Part shown: one piece after another, positions 1 to 13,801 of the stretch
Numbering within the stretch: the stretch's first letter is position 1
Layout: the number at the start of each line of letters is the position of its first letter
Origin: Phoronis australis
Lineage: Eukaryota; Animalia; Phoronida
DNA length: 64,000 nucleotides
Assembly: GCA_002633005.1 (NCBI GenBank)
Contig: NMRA01000589.1
Location: 92,641-156,640 of the forward strand
Direction: 5' to 3'
Made by a program: the position numbers and the translations under genes
The notes under the pieces: generated by a model
Database searches by the model: none
What the model saw: only the letters and a program-made list of their open reading frames with translations
What the model was told of the DNA's origin: nothing

Positions 1-229
1 TCCTGTTTAATGGTGACTAAACAGTCCAGAAAAGGTAGCTTGCCGTCTTTACAGCTGGGTTCCTGAGTGAATTTGATGTTTGGGTCAAACTCAATTATGA
101 ACTTGAAGAAGGCATAGAGTTCATTCTTGCACATAATAGCAATCGTGTCGTCCACATANGGGGGGGGGGGGTGGCCAGGGTACTTACTGACTAAAAATGA
201 GCTGTTCGAAGACCCCATATATAGCTTTG

Positions 230-1150
230 CTACTATGGGATGTTCCCTGTCAATTGCTCAAATCTGTGACCTTTTGTCGTTAGATCTGAACACTACTTAT
301 TTTGTGTTTAACCAGTTGCATTAAATTGAACCGCACGGATGTGCTATGGGCTCGCCTGTATCTCCCATGGTAGCAAACCTATATACGGATGTCTTCGAAC
401 AGGTCATTGTTATAGTCAGTACCGTCTGGCCACCTCTCTAGAGTGTGGTTGAGATATGTGGACGACACGTTTGTTATTATTCGCAAGAATGAACTCCCTG
501 CCTTCTTCAAGTTCATTAATGAGTTTGACTCTAACATCAGATTCACTCAGGAACCCTGTAAAGACGGTAAACTACCTGTTCTGGACTGTTTAGTCTCCAA
601 TAAACAGGGCAAATCATTTGACACTAAGGTTTACCGCAAGAGTACTCACACTGATTATTATTTACAATTTCACTCGAGCCATCCTCTCATCCACAACCTA
701 GTCACTTGGGTGTGATTCGTACTTTGAACCACAGAGCTAACACTATCATTTGTGATCCATCGACCGTTCCTGAGGAACTGAATTACACTAAAGATGCTCT
801 TACCGAATGCGGTTATCCACGTTGGTCATTCACCAAAGCGGAAAGATCAGAGAGGAGAAAAGTAAACACTCAGACAACCACTACAGTGAGTTCTCCTACT
901 CGTTCCCTACGTCCAGGGTCTTTCTGACTGCCTCAAGAGGACATTTAAACAGTTTGACATTTCTATCATCCGCAAACCGATTATTTCTTTCCACATACAA
1001 CTGGTTAACTTCAAGACCCCCAGGGTAATAAATCATGTGCTGTCTATGGTGTTCAGTAGATCCCCAGTGCTCAGACAGTTACATAGGTGAAACGAAACAG
1101 TCCATTAAAATGCGTATGTCACAATATCGCCGTCATAGTTACGGGGACAC
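230..1150 (+). mobile_element. Degenerate Penelope-like retroelement (RT + GIY-YIG endonuclease), 5'-truncated
   Basis: Translation across stops and frameshifts gives LLSLDLNTTYFVFN..HGCAMGSPVSPMVANLY, WLRYVDDTFVII, LPVLDCLV, TKVYRKSTHTDYYLQFHSSHP, GVIRTLNHRA..CGYPRW, then AVYGVQ..YIGETKQSIKMRMSQYRR. These match known Penelope RT and GIY-YIG motifs. Confidence 0.9.
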
Positions 1151-1650
1151 TTAGGATTCGGAACACGGCGCAATCGTAACGGAACTATGGCCAAGTATAG
1201 GCTCTCCCGCGATATCCCAGGCGACCGGCAATGGCGCTGCGCCGCACTACGACTCCGTTTCCGTCGTTTGCTTCACTGTGCAATGAAGACAATTATTTCA
1301 TTTTTTTAAAGAAAATGGTATCTGAGTGACGATGAAAAGTAGAAGCTGCTGGTAAGATGTGAATTTAAATCGAAGCCTTAGTGAATCGCTCAGAAACTCA
1401 TAATTCTCTCTTAGTCAAACCTTAACTTAAGACGATTTCCAAAGCAATCGCGTCATTATTGCCAACACAAAAAAACGGATTTCGTCTTTGGGCAATTGAA
1501 GACTATTTTAAATACAATAAATTTGTTACGAACTGATTGCACAAAATATAAAACGTGTAATAAGCATTACAAAAAGAAGAAGGTTTCGCGCGCAAACGCT
1601 GTGGACCATAAACAAGTAGGTCTCTTAGTATCAAAATTGGGAGTTAAATC

Positions 1651-1710
1651 GCGGTGGTGCAGTGGCAAAGCACGCGCTCTCTAACCACCAGGTCGTGAGT
1701 TCGAGTTTGT
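1651..1710 (+). repeat. tRNA-like SINE head (Pol III A/B boxes)
   Basis: GGTGGTGCAGTGG (A box-like) and GAGTTCGAGT (B box-like) at tRNA spacing; no intact acceptor stem. Confidence 0.5.
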
Positions 1711-2979
1711 GGCAATTGCAGTTTTTCCTGTTTGACACGTTCTCCGTGTTTTTTGTCTTTTTTTCTTGGATAATACTTCACGAATCAAGGAAAATGCTTT
1801 ATTTTTAGAGGAACCCCCTCGAACTCACCCCATTCGGTGCTATGCGAATCTACAATCGTTTACAGCCGAAATGTTGGGCCCCCCCTTGTGATATCCTCGA
1901 TCCGCCACTGTGGCATAAGTAATGGACTGAAGTGTGTGGTCTGTTGTACAGACAAATTGGTGCTTAAAATTCATGTTCAGGAAAAGTGAATCCTAGAAAT
2001 TTTGGTTGCGCCCTTTCGGAGTGCATCTTTCTACTGTCGATGACTTGTTTACGATACTGTCCTGTATTCATACAGTGTGAATAATACACCGGTTAAATTG
2101 GCCAGATATATGCTTGCTGTACATGTATGTGCGTCAAGCACGTGGCTATTACACATCACTGCAAAAACGAAATAGTTGCTGCGACGCCACTTGCATGACA
2201 AGGCTAAAAATCGTTCACAGTCCGCCATTTTTTCACGGTGTTGTAAAGCTAACCAATGACTGCTGAGGTTACATCAACCAATGCTAAAGCGCGTGCCAGT
2301 GCGTGATACCTGTGTGCTTGCTAGGCACGTTGGGGACAAGCGAGACGCATGGGATGGTGTTCTAACGTCAATGCCGCGCCGTCAGGTCAAAACGCCATCA
2401 ATCAACCAGAGTAACGATAACGTCACACACCAAGCTGATGCGGACACAACGTCGCTAATTTTTGTAAGTCTTTAGTCCAGTATTAAACTCAAACTTTATT
2501 TGCTTTTTATTGATAACGTTTTGACTAATTTTGTCACAAAATAAGTAGTGACAAAAATATTTTTTCTTTGTCCAACAAGGATTAATTAATACTTACTAGC
2601 TGTTATGCTCGCAGCGTCCCCTATAGACAAGATTATTAGCAGAGACAGAGGGTGCGTGTATTTGAGGCACCCTGTGTTACTATGAATTTAAGAACAGCCT
2701 TACAGAAGTTAAATTTTTCGTGTCTTATCACCAAAATAGTACAAAACATCAACTGTATTTTAACATGTTGTGCTTTTGACCCTACGTCAGCGAATGGTGT
2801 CGCTTCATAAAAATCCGAGTCGCGTCCCATGAAGTCCGAAGCTCTTACAAAATAACAGTTGATTTCCTTAAACTAAAACTAAATCATTTCCCACACGGCA
2901 CATTTCGGGAATTGTTTCAAGAATTTGGCAGTATGTCCAGATTGCATATTCATTAAACGATCTTCGCTTTGCATTGTAG

Positions 2980-5900
2980 ATATCTTAATTATGGAAAAAA
3001 CCGAAGCAGTCAGCAAAATAGATCTTCTGCAACAGTCTTTGGTAAATTGTTGCTTTTCATGTCAAGAGTGTTTGATAACGCTTCGCAGGCAAAATGTTTG
3101 TTATAAAGTATGGTGAAAAAAAGAAACGACGTTATTGTGCATTGTTATGAATCATTTTCAAAGATCTGGCAACTTTTCAGTATCAGCTAGGTTATTTGTC
3201 GTAGGATCGACAAAAATGCATATCCTTAAGTTTTGTACCAGTATTGTATGACCCCGCGCGTGCTAAAGATTCTGAAAAGCATTTCCTGCTGTGTTCAAAG
3301 GCAGACATACTAATCCAGGAAATTCATTCCCTCACCCACCTTAAGTTATTACATTGCACAATGGGGGACTCGCTAAGTGATAATGGATCCACTTTTTAAC
3401 ACCTATCACTTATCATACTTTATGGTCCCACATGATTACCTGAATGCATGCATTTCTACAGGTGGCACCGTTTTGGCACGAACGCCAACCACATGTAGTC
3501 ATTTTGAATAAACCCATAACAACGAGATATAGTCGATTTACTTATTGAAAGACTTTTCGTATGATTTCATCATTCGACAGAGCAAAGTGTTTTATGGCTT
3601 CATTTCAGAATTAAAAATTCTGTTCTTTACTCCCAATTTGCGGGAGGGGGGCGTCATGGGTCTACCTTAAAACAGTGCAATCTACGTCAATTAAGTGTTG
3701 AAAACAAACGATTATTGCTTGTATTAAGTACACAAGTTTTAAGGCTCAAGGTTTATACTCCAACGGGTTGTTGGTCCGATTTTTTCTTCGGACTACAAGT
3801 CTTCCAAACTATAGCATAATGCACACTGAAGAGTGCGGTTTCCATTGAGATGCGTGCATGCATCTTTTGACCTCTGAGGGATGCGACTTTCTGCTAAATC
3901 TATTTACATTACTTTATTCTTGCTTGGGGCTTGAAACAGGTGGGAATTAAAGAGCAGAAGGAAATCCTAACCAGTGAAATAGCTGTCCAGAGGTCTGAAA
4001 AAGAAGATCTGTTGGAAAACGCACAATCACTTAATGAAGAAATAAACAAGTCGCGAGTGAGTCTAAGCCATTTACTTCTACTTTCTGTCAGCATTTATGT
4101 GCAGTATGTTTGGAGCATTTTGTGTATCTTTCATACCATTAGCACAACAGTTTTCTTTGTAAGAATTCGTAAATTAATGTGAGGCCTCCACAGATTTCTT
4201 GAAACGGAACACAACTTCAACTTGGTAATCCTTGTGATTGTAGAAATCAGTCTAAATTACCAGCGACGATTTGATTACAACGGTGTTACGAAATTATTGT
4301 TAAATATAAAATGCATAAATTTGAGAAACTAGGACTGATTTGCTATTGGTACGTGTGTGCTATGTATTGAATGGCCCTGGTATTAGCAGTAGCACTAGCA
4401 GTAACAAGATCACTAGATAAACGTCACTAAAATCACTTCGAAGTCATTTTTATTGTACTTCAGACTAAAATTTCGTCACTGAACGAGACCATAGACCTGC
4501 AATTGAATGAATTGAAGGAATTGACCGACAAGTATGAAGATCAGCAAAACGCACTCAACAATTTTCAGGTATGACTTGATGATAAATATCGTGTGAAAGT
4601 TATGTGTAATTTGTTATTTGTCAATTGTCCCTAATGATGTCTTTTCTCTGAAATTCAGAGTGACAATAGAATGCTAGAAGAAAAGTTACTCGACAGCCAA
4701 AAAACGTGTAACAGCCAAATAAGCGAGATTGAAGAGCTGACCTTGGAACTAAAAAGTAAAAGGTATGAATTCAAAAGCAACAAACCTGCATATCAGTATT
4801 CTAATCCTTAAGTCTGCCGGGCCTTATGCAATGAACGAATTCCAGTTTCTTATTTAACCACTATTTTTCACCTTGACTATCAAAAGTAATTCATGGTTTT
4901 TATTCGTCACACTTTTAAAGATGTACCAAAATTAATTCCCAATACCAGGTACATGCGTTTGAATAAATCTTCCACACCTATTCATTCGCAAAGCGTGATC
5001 ATTTGAAGTTTATTTGTCTTTTTGTTAAAATTGTGTGTTGGATAATTTAATTGCAGATTGCAAGAATTGGACTGGAGTGCCCAGTTGGAAAAACTTTTAT
5101 CTAACAAAGAAAAGTTAGAGAAGGAAAAATCATTTCTCGAACGTCACGTTGATGACATTAAAGAAAACTTAGAGGTGTGTGATTTGAATCATTTTGTCGC
5201 TACAGTTCTATTTTTTTACTGCTTATGAATTTCTTATTCCAACTATAGGAAACAGTTTGATAAATTAACCTCGACAATGAACTTTAACCAGCAATTATTG
5301 ATATAATTTCATGAATTTGATACGCATTAATCTTAAGTGTGAAAACTGTCGTCTGAACTTCACTAGGTTTTGCAATTCGTACTTAATGGATACAATTTGT
5401 TACATAACAACAACTCGTGTTTGGTTTTACAAGACAGTTTCTTGTGCATGGATATTAACAGGGTACGAGAAGTACATGACTAACAAATTCACATCTTTCA
5501 CTTAACAGGAGTGCAAAAATAAAGTCTCCACGTTGGAAGAGAGAGACAAAGAGTCGAACCGTAAGATTCAGTCTATCACGTGAGTGACACTTTGTACATC
5601 AAATACCTTGATCAAAATTTAAAGTTTCGCTACCACATTCTGTTATTCTTAAGTTAATCTTTATCGTCTTCTCATCTACATTGAAGAAAAGAAAAGAAAC
5701 TTGCAGAAGAAGCGTCGAAGGAAGAAGTGGCAGAAAGAGACAGAAAACTGGAAGACCTTTTATCTAAAGTATGATTTACATGATGAGTATGAATTTCCTC
5801 TTAGATGATTAAATGAAGCACACGACGTTATAGACGTGCTGAATGTAAATGTAGAAAAATAAACTTGTTGGCTTGTTAGTCGGTATGAAATGTTCCTCTC

Positions 5901-8900
5901 CTAAAAACTTTGGCCCAGCCGCAGCCTTAACTGTCCTTCGTCAATGCCTACTGCTGGACCTACATTTACAGCGTTCCACTACCGTTCGTAGTTCAAACAA
6001 TTTCCCGTTACCTAAGCTGTAAGTCAACCTATTGTCCTTTCATTACTGGTTTATCTTGTTTCTCGAAAACAGAATGGTGAACCTGCCTGAAAACTACACA
6101 TAGACGGGTGACAAAACTTTTGCCAAGCTCTAGGACGTTTACCACAGTCTCCCACCGGAATCCGGCTGTCTTTATATTTCAATCCGAAGGTCATCGTCGA
6201 TTTCTCTTTTCCAGCTGTCCTGAAAGAAATATCTTCCACACAGGATTGTTCTAAAACCCCCTCGACCCCCACACCCCACGACCCCCTCGACCCACGGCCC
6301 ACAACCCTGTCGACCCAATCTACGCAAGTTCGACTCGATCTGAACATAGAACAAGCGCTGACTTGAAGGACCAACGAATCGGGCCGTGAGCTCAGCTGAC
6401 TTTTCCCTGTATTTTTTCATTAAGAGAGTAGAATCGACAAGTTTAAAAGCCAAAAACAGAAAAAAACAACGCGACCAAATCAAATCAAAGACCTACGGAC
6501 GTCACAGATGTAGTTCCCGGCAGAGTGTAATCGTCTCGTCTGCTCTTCAGTGAATGGCAGATTCAAGCTTTTTAGAAGAGAGTGCAAGGAACCGACGAAA
6601 ATGTAATTTCATTAGTAATTACAATTTGAAAAAACAAACTGTTAACTAAAAAAGTATCTCATCGTTATATGGAGTATATTGTAAACGAGTATACAACAGA
6701 AAGCAAGTAATAAAAATGTGAAATTATGTACATTCACGCTAACGTGCTCCCTCCCTAAGTTTAGTAGAATATGGCCATTGGTAATTGATGGTTGACAACG
6801 TTAGCACGCTCTCAATCGGCTAATTCAGACCACGTTCTCACACTACTTTCTGCTTTTAAGCTCCAGAATTGAGCCAGAGTACATAGGCGAGCAAGTGTGT
6901 CTTGTGGGATAGTCGTTCACCGACGTAATATGATTGTGAAATGTGTTAAAAGTGCAAAAATACATCTATTGCGACAGGTTGTGGGTCGAGCGGGTTGTGG
7001 GGTGAGGGATTGAGGGATTTTAGAAAATCCTTCCACACGCCCGTGATGTCTTACGTAGACCGGCGACGGTCGTGCACATGTGGCGAGAAATATCAGATTA
7101 TGCAACGAAAACGTTAACTTTATTCCATTTTTTACGAATTCTATACTATAATTCAACATTCCTTCTTCACCGACCATTTACTTCAGCTAATATTTGAAAA
7201 AGGTAGTTAAGTCTCGAACATGGTCGCGAAAAGCTCGACTGTTACTAGTATTATCTTGCACAGCCTAGTCACTTTTCCCGGTAGAAACTTGGTGTGCCCG
7301 AACGTCTTCCTGAATTGACGGAAGATTTAAGGTTGGATAGAAACTTTAATGGTTTATTATGAAGAAACAAGCTTATTAAACTATTTGCCACACAGTATTA
7401 AAGATTGCAATACACCATACGAGTACAAAATTAATTTATGAAATCAATAATTTATAAGTATTGCTTCAAGGTCGAATTTTTAGAAAGTGAGGTGAAGGCC
7501 AAGGAAGAAGACTTATCAAACCTGAATTGTCGATCTACTGAAGCTAGAAATGACACGGCTGCAAAAAACAAGCAAATCAAAGAGTTAGAGAAAGAGGTAT
7601 TTTCTTCAAGTGTTTTTGGTCTGCAATTTTTGAGATTTTGTCATGACATAGATGAAGTTCTATCTAATAATGTCGTGATTTCAGATACGAAATATAAAAT
7701 CGAAGCTTGGAAACCAAACTAAAAAGATTTCTGCACACGAAAACGATGTTAAAGGCTTGAATGAAAAACTAGAATCAATGGAACTCTCGAAGAATGCTGC
7801 AGAGAAAGAAATAACATCTTTGAAGTACAACCTTGACAAATCCACAGAGCAACTAAAGAAAACGACTGAACAGGTGGACGTAATTTTGAGAGCTGACCCA
7901 TGGCAATTGTTTCCTCAAATTTTCGTTATATTATGTAATTGGAAATAGTATTAATATGATTGACATTTTTAATTTTGTTTTTTAAAATGCCAATGACTAA
8001 AAATGAGGATATAATTATAGCACTTGGCAGGTCTCTTGTACCTCCAAGCCTACCTACGCATAATCACCTAATTGCTAACTTTAGGCAGAGAAAAACCAAA
8101 GATGTGCAAAACAAACTACAAAAGAAAAAGAAGATGCCAGAAAAGAATTTGATTGTAAAATGAAAGAGATGATAAAAACCCTTGACGAATTTAAAAAGGA
8201 AAATGAAAAAATAGTTTTGCAAAAGGAACTGGAGATTGAACATCTTAAGAAACAAGTCAGCAAGACACAAGAAAGTAAACTACTGGTAAGTTAATCTTTT
8301 GTTTTAATTTGTTTGTGGAAGCCGGTGGACAATTTTCTACCACTAAAACTGTTCAGTATTGTAATGAACTATTTGTAGCGAAGAGTATTTTCAGTTGCCA
8401 CACAAAAATTCATTAACACAGTGCGGATATCATTCAGGGTGTGAATTAAGCTGGGCTATAAACTCAAACAACTGCCAAATCAACTGACAATTCAGTGCAT
8501 TTACTGGTAGAAAACTGGTCTCGGCTTATTTCTTACTCAGATTAGAACAAAAAGCTTGTCAATGTATAAACACGTGCTCAACACTGATATGGGAGGGACT
8601 TGACTTTGTTGACATTCCATGGTTCGAGCTTGGTCTTATCCAACAACGAACGGTTAATTATTCCGAAGACCAGAAATCCCACTTCGCAATAAGAAACAAG
8701 CTAGCAGTATTTTTAACCATTTTAGCCCAAATCAAAGTTTTTTGACAGAAGACGGGTTCATAGACCTTTGAACACCGCTAAGAACAGATCCAATAATTAA
8801 TCTTTGCTTTTCATAATACTGCTCAATTTCCGAAAGAAATCACAAGTGACCCTTTGCAGCGTAGTAATGATTAACAGGACAGAAATATTTTAGGCAGCAG

Positions 8901-11900
8901 TCTTGTTGCGAAAACAGACATTTGAACAAAACTCGTACGGCTACATTTATGAATGTTTTGAAAAATAGTCGAAATTTGTCATTTCCTATAACTGTGTTGA
9001 AATCGTATTTCTGTTTTCTTACCTGACATAGGAAAGGGAAAACGATGAGATGAAAAAAGAAGTGGATCACATGGCAATGATGATAAAACAATTGAAAAAG
9101 GATAAAGAAGACGGTTTGAAGGAAACGGAAAATAAGCAACGTAAAATCGAAATGCTAGAAAGAAAGGTTAAATCAAGGGTAATTGGTACTTAGCACTTCC
9201 TATCATAACCTGCTTAGTTGCTTTTATTGCTGCCATGTTAGAAATTAAATATGACATTAATTTGGAAAAATGTGATTGCTTTAAACAAACAGCTGAGCAA
9301 GGAGGATATGTTGTAACTTCAGACCTTGTAGGTCTTTTGTTCAATAGACCGAGACCCAAAAATGGTCCGACTGCTGGCAAACACTTCGCACTGCGGACAT
9401 TGCTGTTACATGAATGTAAACTGCCAGAATTGAATTCAAAGCACTGCCGGAGCGCCTCAACTCAAAGAGTTAGTGGCACGTTGGACGGGTTTAGCCTGAA
9501 TATAAACAATCTTTACTTTTCACAATGTTCCAGTAGGTATACGTCGGCTCAGGAAGGAAAAACAAAATATGGAATGTAAGGTTGAAATTATTTTAATAAG
9601 TGTCAAAAGGAAAGGTGATCTGTACCTTACACTTCATTTAAGTTATCCTTTTATTGCAACAATCATCCCAGCAGGCTTCTCGTTACTGACAACAATTGCT
9701 CAGTGGCGTTCACGCCATGCCTACATTGTAACCCTAGACTGGAACCTTTATTTATATATTAAGTGTTTTTTATAATGTGAATATTATGTTGTGTATCCAC
9801 GAATCCAAAGCAATTGTCAAATGTTTTGATTAATTTTTTTGATCCACAGAAAAATCAGATCGTTGATTCTGTGATTATGCTGTCTTTGGATGGACCTCAC
9901 AGATGTACTCACTTTAAAGTTGGCTGTATATTGAGCCATTGAAGTCACGCTCAACATAACTTTAAGAGAAGTTTCATGAATCGATTCCCAGATACCCTTG
10001 GACATTTTGCTATTTCAACAATTTTGATTTTGAAAGATTTATGTAATTGTAAACCACAACCTGTATCTCGTGTTGGCAAAATGTCTCATAGATTATGTCT
10101 GGTGTGTTTTTCAGGACATGGTTGCCACCGATTGTGCCGGCACCAAACAAGCAAAGCCTGTGCCATCCCCTAAACCAGCGACGCCAAAATCTAAAGCAAT
10201 CGATGCCCTGGCAAAGAACGTTCGAATGTCATCCACTCCAAAGACTCCTAGACTTATTAGCAATTTAGCAGTAGTGAAAGCTCAACCGTTCAACCAGGTG
10301 AAAATGGTCAGGAAGTTTGCGTTTAGTTTAATATGAAAAAGGTTTAGTTTACTGAAACGCAAATCCATTGCATTATATTAATTGTCTAAAAAAGCAATTG
10401 GCTCATTTTTACTTTTACACAAAGAATTTGTCAACCTTGTCCTGAAAGTGTAGTAAAATATCCAGGCATTCGATTTAGAAGAAACGTTAAGTGACGTCAA
10501 TGTACACACTTCAGAATTAATAAACACGTTTTACTGTATCGACAGGCCACACCGTCCAGAACGCCAACACTGGTTTTGCGCACACCGCAAAACAAAACAT
10601 TGCCGTTGAGTGGTATTCTGAGACAAGCTAATTCTGTCCCTAAGAAAAGGCACGTGATGTTTTCATCTGATAATTCTAAGGATTGCGCACATTCCGACTC
10701 AGGGGAATCATCAACTTCGGAGCTAATGGATGTTGAGGTCGGTAAAAAAGATCACGTTTGGAAAATGACAAGTGACAATTACTGAAAGTGTAAACACTAA
10801 ATAAATGTAAACATTTTGGATGTGCTCTGGTCAATTCTGCATATTTGACTTAAGATAAACGAAGTATGTGATCTTTTAAAGTTCAAAAAGACAACTTTCG
10901 AAAAGTTGAATAACGACTAGGAAAGCGACGAAACTACATGCCAAGAATTGTGCGATGACACTTGGCTTACCTCAAAATCCAGTTGCTGCCTGGTCGAGTT
11001 TGGTCGTTGGCCCAGAAATGTTGTACACCCAGCAGAATTTATGATCAGGATACTGGCAACATTGTTTAAAAAATATAGGTTATGGAAATCACATTTCTTG
11101 TCCGGTTTTCAAAATTCAAAAACCTAGTAACCACGTGTAGTTTCACGAACTATTCAACTATGCCTATATTTAGAATTTTTCAAAATGAAAAGTTAAAAAA
11201 AGTACTTTTGTCATCCCAGTTTGTTTATGACGGGTTTGATTGGCTAGAAAATGATAACATCAGCAGCCTGAGGTGAAATGTTTTACTACAAATGCATGGC
11301 GTCTTTTATCTTTGCGGCAGATTTTGAGGTACGCAAACAGGTGTCAGTGTAGGATTCTTTTCATATAAACACAGATAGAGCAAAACAAGGTAAAATAGTA
11401 TCAGTTGCCTTTAGGTAAACGTGTTGATGAAATTCTTGTTGCATATAACAAACATTTAACTAAAATTGACCAATTCGTCAAATTAATACGTTGCAGATTG
11501 TTATGCAGACTTTGTGAAAGTTACATTTGTCCAAGTTTGTTTTTTCTCAAATAGGTAGAGACTATGCCCAGAGGGAAAACTAGACCGTCGCCATCAGTAC
11601 GGCTTTCTCCTGGTGTGTCAAGGCTGTCTAAAAGGCAAACCGCCTCAGGAAAGCAAGCTGCTAGACACAAAACAGCAAAGGTGTGGGAATTCACCTGTTC
11701 CTGTTTTGTTGTTTTCACAATATACTGTTTAAGAGGGTGTAACTTCAATGCATGTGTGATTAAGAGATGGCAATCTCTTTGCGAACACTTCATTTATCAG
11801 TACTGCCGCATTTATGCGGAAAATACCAGTTCAGGACCTAGCGTATATTTGGAAGTGACGAGTATACGCTCAGGTATTTCAATAATGTAAGCTGGCGCGC

Positions 11901-13801
11901 AAATTGAACCCAAGAATCAGTACACGACACATGAATGTATGATTGCTCCAATAGATACATGTAGGTGTTCGTTGTTGAATATGTACTTAAGTTACGGTTC
12001 TGGTGTCCATTTTGTATAAAACTGAGGATTGTGTTGCAGTCCAACAATACACATTTTCTTCAAATTTATTCCCTAGGAATGTCTACGGATTTTTCTGATA
12101 TACGCCCACTCGGAGTATTTAAAGACAGACCGTTCTGCACAAAATCCGGTTGTTATCGATCCTGTGTTTTAGATTGGAGGTATTACACGTTTCTTGAAAA
12201 ATGGACTTTAATTCATGTGCACTAATAAGATGCCGTTTCCTTTGCTCATCCTGAACACTCGTGCCAAGTAGCATATGGCCAGGGAGAAAAAGAATGATCG
12301 CAACATGCGCCAATTTGCCTTTTTTGTATAGATAGCACGCATTTGACGTCCTGTTTGAAATCAAATCTGTCCCTTGTATAAGTGTTGAAAGTTTTAGGCA
12401 ACTCAGTCCTGATGAATCATCCCCACATGTTTTGGTACGCAAATCGTGACTACTAATGGATGTTAACGCCGACTTAACAAGGAAAGCGCTCTGAGGAGCA
12501 ATACTTGACGAAAAAGAATGAAAATGTGAAGATAAGATCGACAAAGAAACAAAAAATATCAAAAACCACGACCCCTACGATCGTCAAATTTGAAAACCTT
12601 GAAATAATTCCAAAACGGTGTGCCGTACCAAAAAAGCAAGCATGCACTGCGGATAGCTCGTGAGTAGCTCTATTTACATGCAAAGTTTGAAATAGTTCGC
12701 TCATAGGATCACGGAAATAGAACTCCACAACCAATAAACGGCTGTCACTGCGCCACCTTGCGTCCGGTTTCGCCAAAAACAAAAGCCCTGGAGCTATTGG
12801 TTAGATACGTAGTTTACGTAAATTTCTTGTCGATCAGACGAAAAATGCGCTGGTTAGCACTATAACGATAGGCAACGAAGTGCAGCCAGAAATAAGTTGA
12901 TGAAAGAACAGGTTTCTATGCAGTGAATCTCGAATAGCTCGAGAACGATCAATCGTAGCGAGAAGCCCGTTCCACATTGCCGATAGCGATTGAGATACCA
13001 AATTTCAGACAGATCTGTAAAGGGACGCTGAAGATACGGCACAAAAACTCAATAATGGAGAGCAGTCACCGAAAAATTTCGAGTAACTAGAGAAAAACAA
13101 ATTGCTCTGACTTACAATATTCTGTGAAATGATCTATCGCAAGCCAAAACCGTGAAAAATGGCCATCGCAATGCAATCTTGCTTCTGATTTCAACAAAAA
13201 ATACAATAAACTCTGAGCTATTTGCGAGACACATGTTGCGTGTAAGTTCTACGTTAATCGGAACCGGTACAAAACGCGACCTATAGGTTACGAAAAAATA
13301 AACAAACAAAAAACTATTTCTCAGGAATTTGATTCACGTTTATCAACTTAAAAAACACCTATTCCCACCAGAAAGAAAAAATATCTATTATGAACGATTT
13401 CTAATTGTAGCATGAAATGGAAGAATTCAGACAGCTGTTTCCTAACCACGAAAGGGACCGCCTTTTCCCCGGGTCAAAATCAACAGTAAGTAAAACGTGC
13501 TCACTAAAGCATTTTGAAATACGATTTCTGTGCTAACTTGTCTTATCCTTTCACTTTCTCCAAAATGTGAAGTGTAGGGAAGATGTATTGTTCAAACGAT
13601 ATCTATATATTTTTGTAGCGATTGGAAGATTCACCTTCTCCGGCCAAAATACGCAAGTCATTGAATAAATCACCTGGAAAGTTTTTCAAAAGCCCATCTC
13701 GTGTGTCAAAGGGGGCACAAAAGAATAAGAAAGAGAGCAAAGCCAACTGGTTTGATTGCGACTCTATTTTTGGATTCGGAGCTGATGAAAACGAACCTTA
13801 A
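2980..13801 (+). CDS. SYCP1: Synaptonemal complex protein 1-like coiled-coil protein (15 phase-consistent exons, ~660 aa in window, possibly 5'-partial)
   Basis: Exons 2980-3041, 3940-4056, 4464-4568, 4659-4762, 5057-5174, 5509-5579, 5687-5768, 7471-7596, 7685-7873, 8085-8285, 9032-9166, 10115-10297, 10546-10737, 11555-11680, 13619-13801(TAA), all GT-AG with matching phases. Long E/K/L heptad region, then an S/T-P-rich basic tail. Segments KNKQIKELEKE, CKMKEMIKTLDEFKKENEKIVLQKELEI and GILRQANSVPKKRHVMF..SDSGESSTSELM resemble, from memory, the conserved coiled-coil end and KKRK..F..SDSSE tail of vertebrate SYCP1. Gene structure is solid; orthology is inference. Confidence 0.72.
6243..7030. mobile_element. 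MITE with GC-rich TIRs, Mutator(MULE)-like
   Basis: Left GGATTGTTCTAAAACCCCCTCG..CCCACAACCCTGTCG is inverted to right CGACAGGTTGTGGG..GAGGGATTTTAGAAAATCC. Flanks TTCCACACA / TTCCACACG form a 9-bp TSD (8/9 match). Confidence 0.75.
10830..11280. repeat. Dispersed DNA-transposon remnant, same family as 60600-61380
   Basis: Shared blocks CTTACCT-AAAATCCA, TGTTG-ACACCCAG, TCACATTTCTTG-CC-GTTTTCAAAA, TTTCACGAACTATTCAA and AATGATAACA in the same order and orientation in both copies. Confidence 0.7.

Noticed and set aside
159-172. Poly-G run encoding GGGG, and a similar run at ~18858
   Set aside because: The first abuts an N and is probably a contig-join artefact; the second is an isolated homopolymer.
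9534-9580. Possible extra SYCP1-like exon (VYVGSGRKNKIWN or IRRLRKEKQNMECK)
   Set aside because: The coiled-coil-like frame needs a phase-1 partner I could not find, and 9166 splices in frame directly to 10115; left out as unsupported.
12100-13500. Probable non-autonomous DNA transposon in the last SYCP1-like intron
   Set aside because: Composition looks repeat-like, but I could not identify paired termini, a TSD or a second copy.
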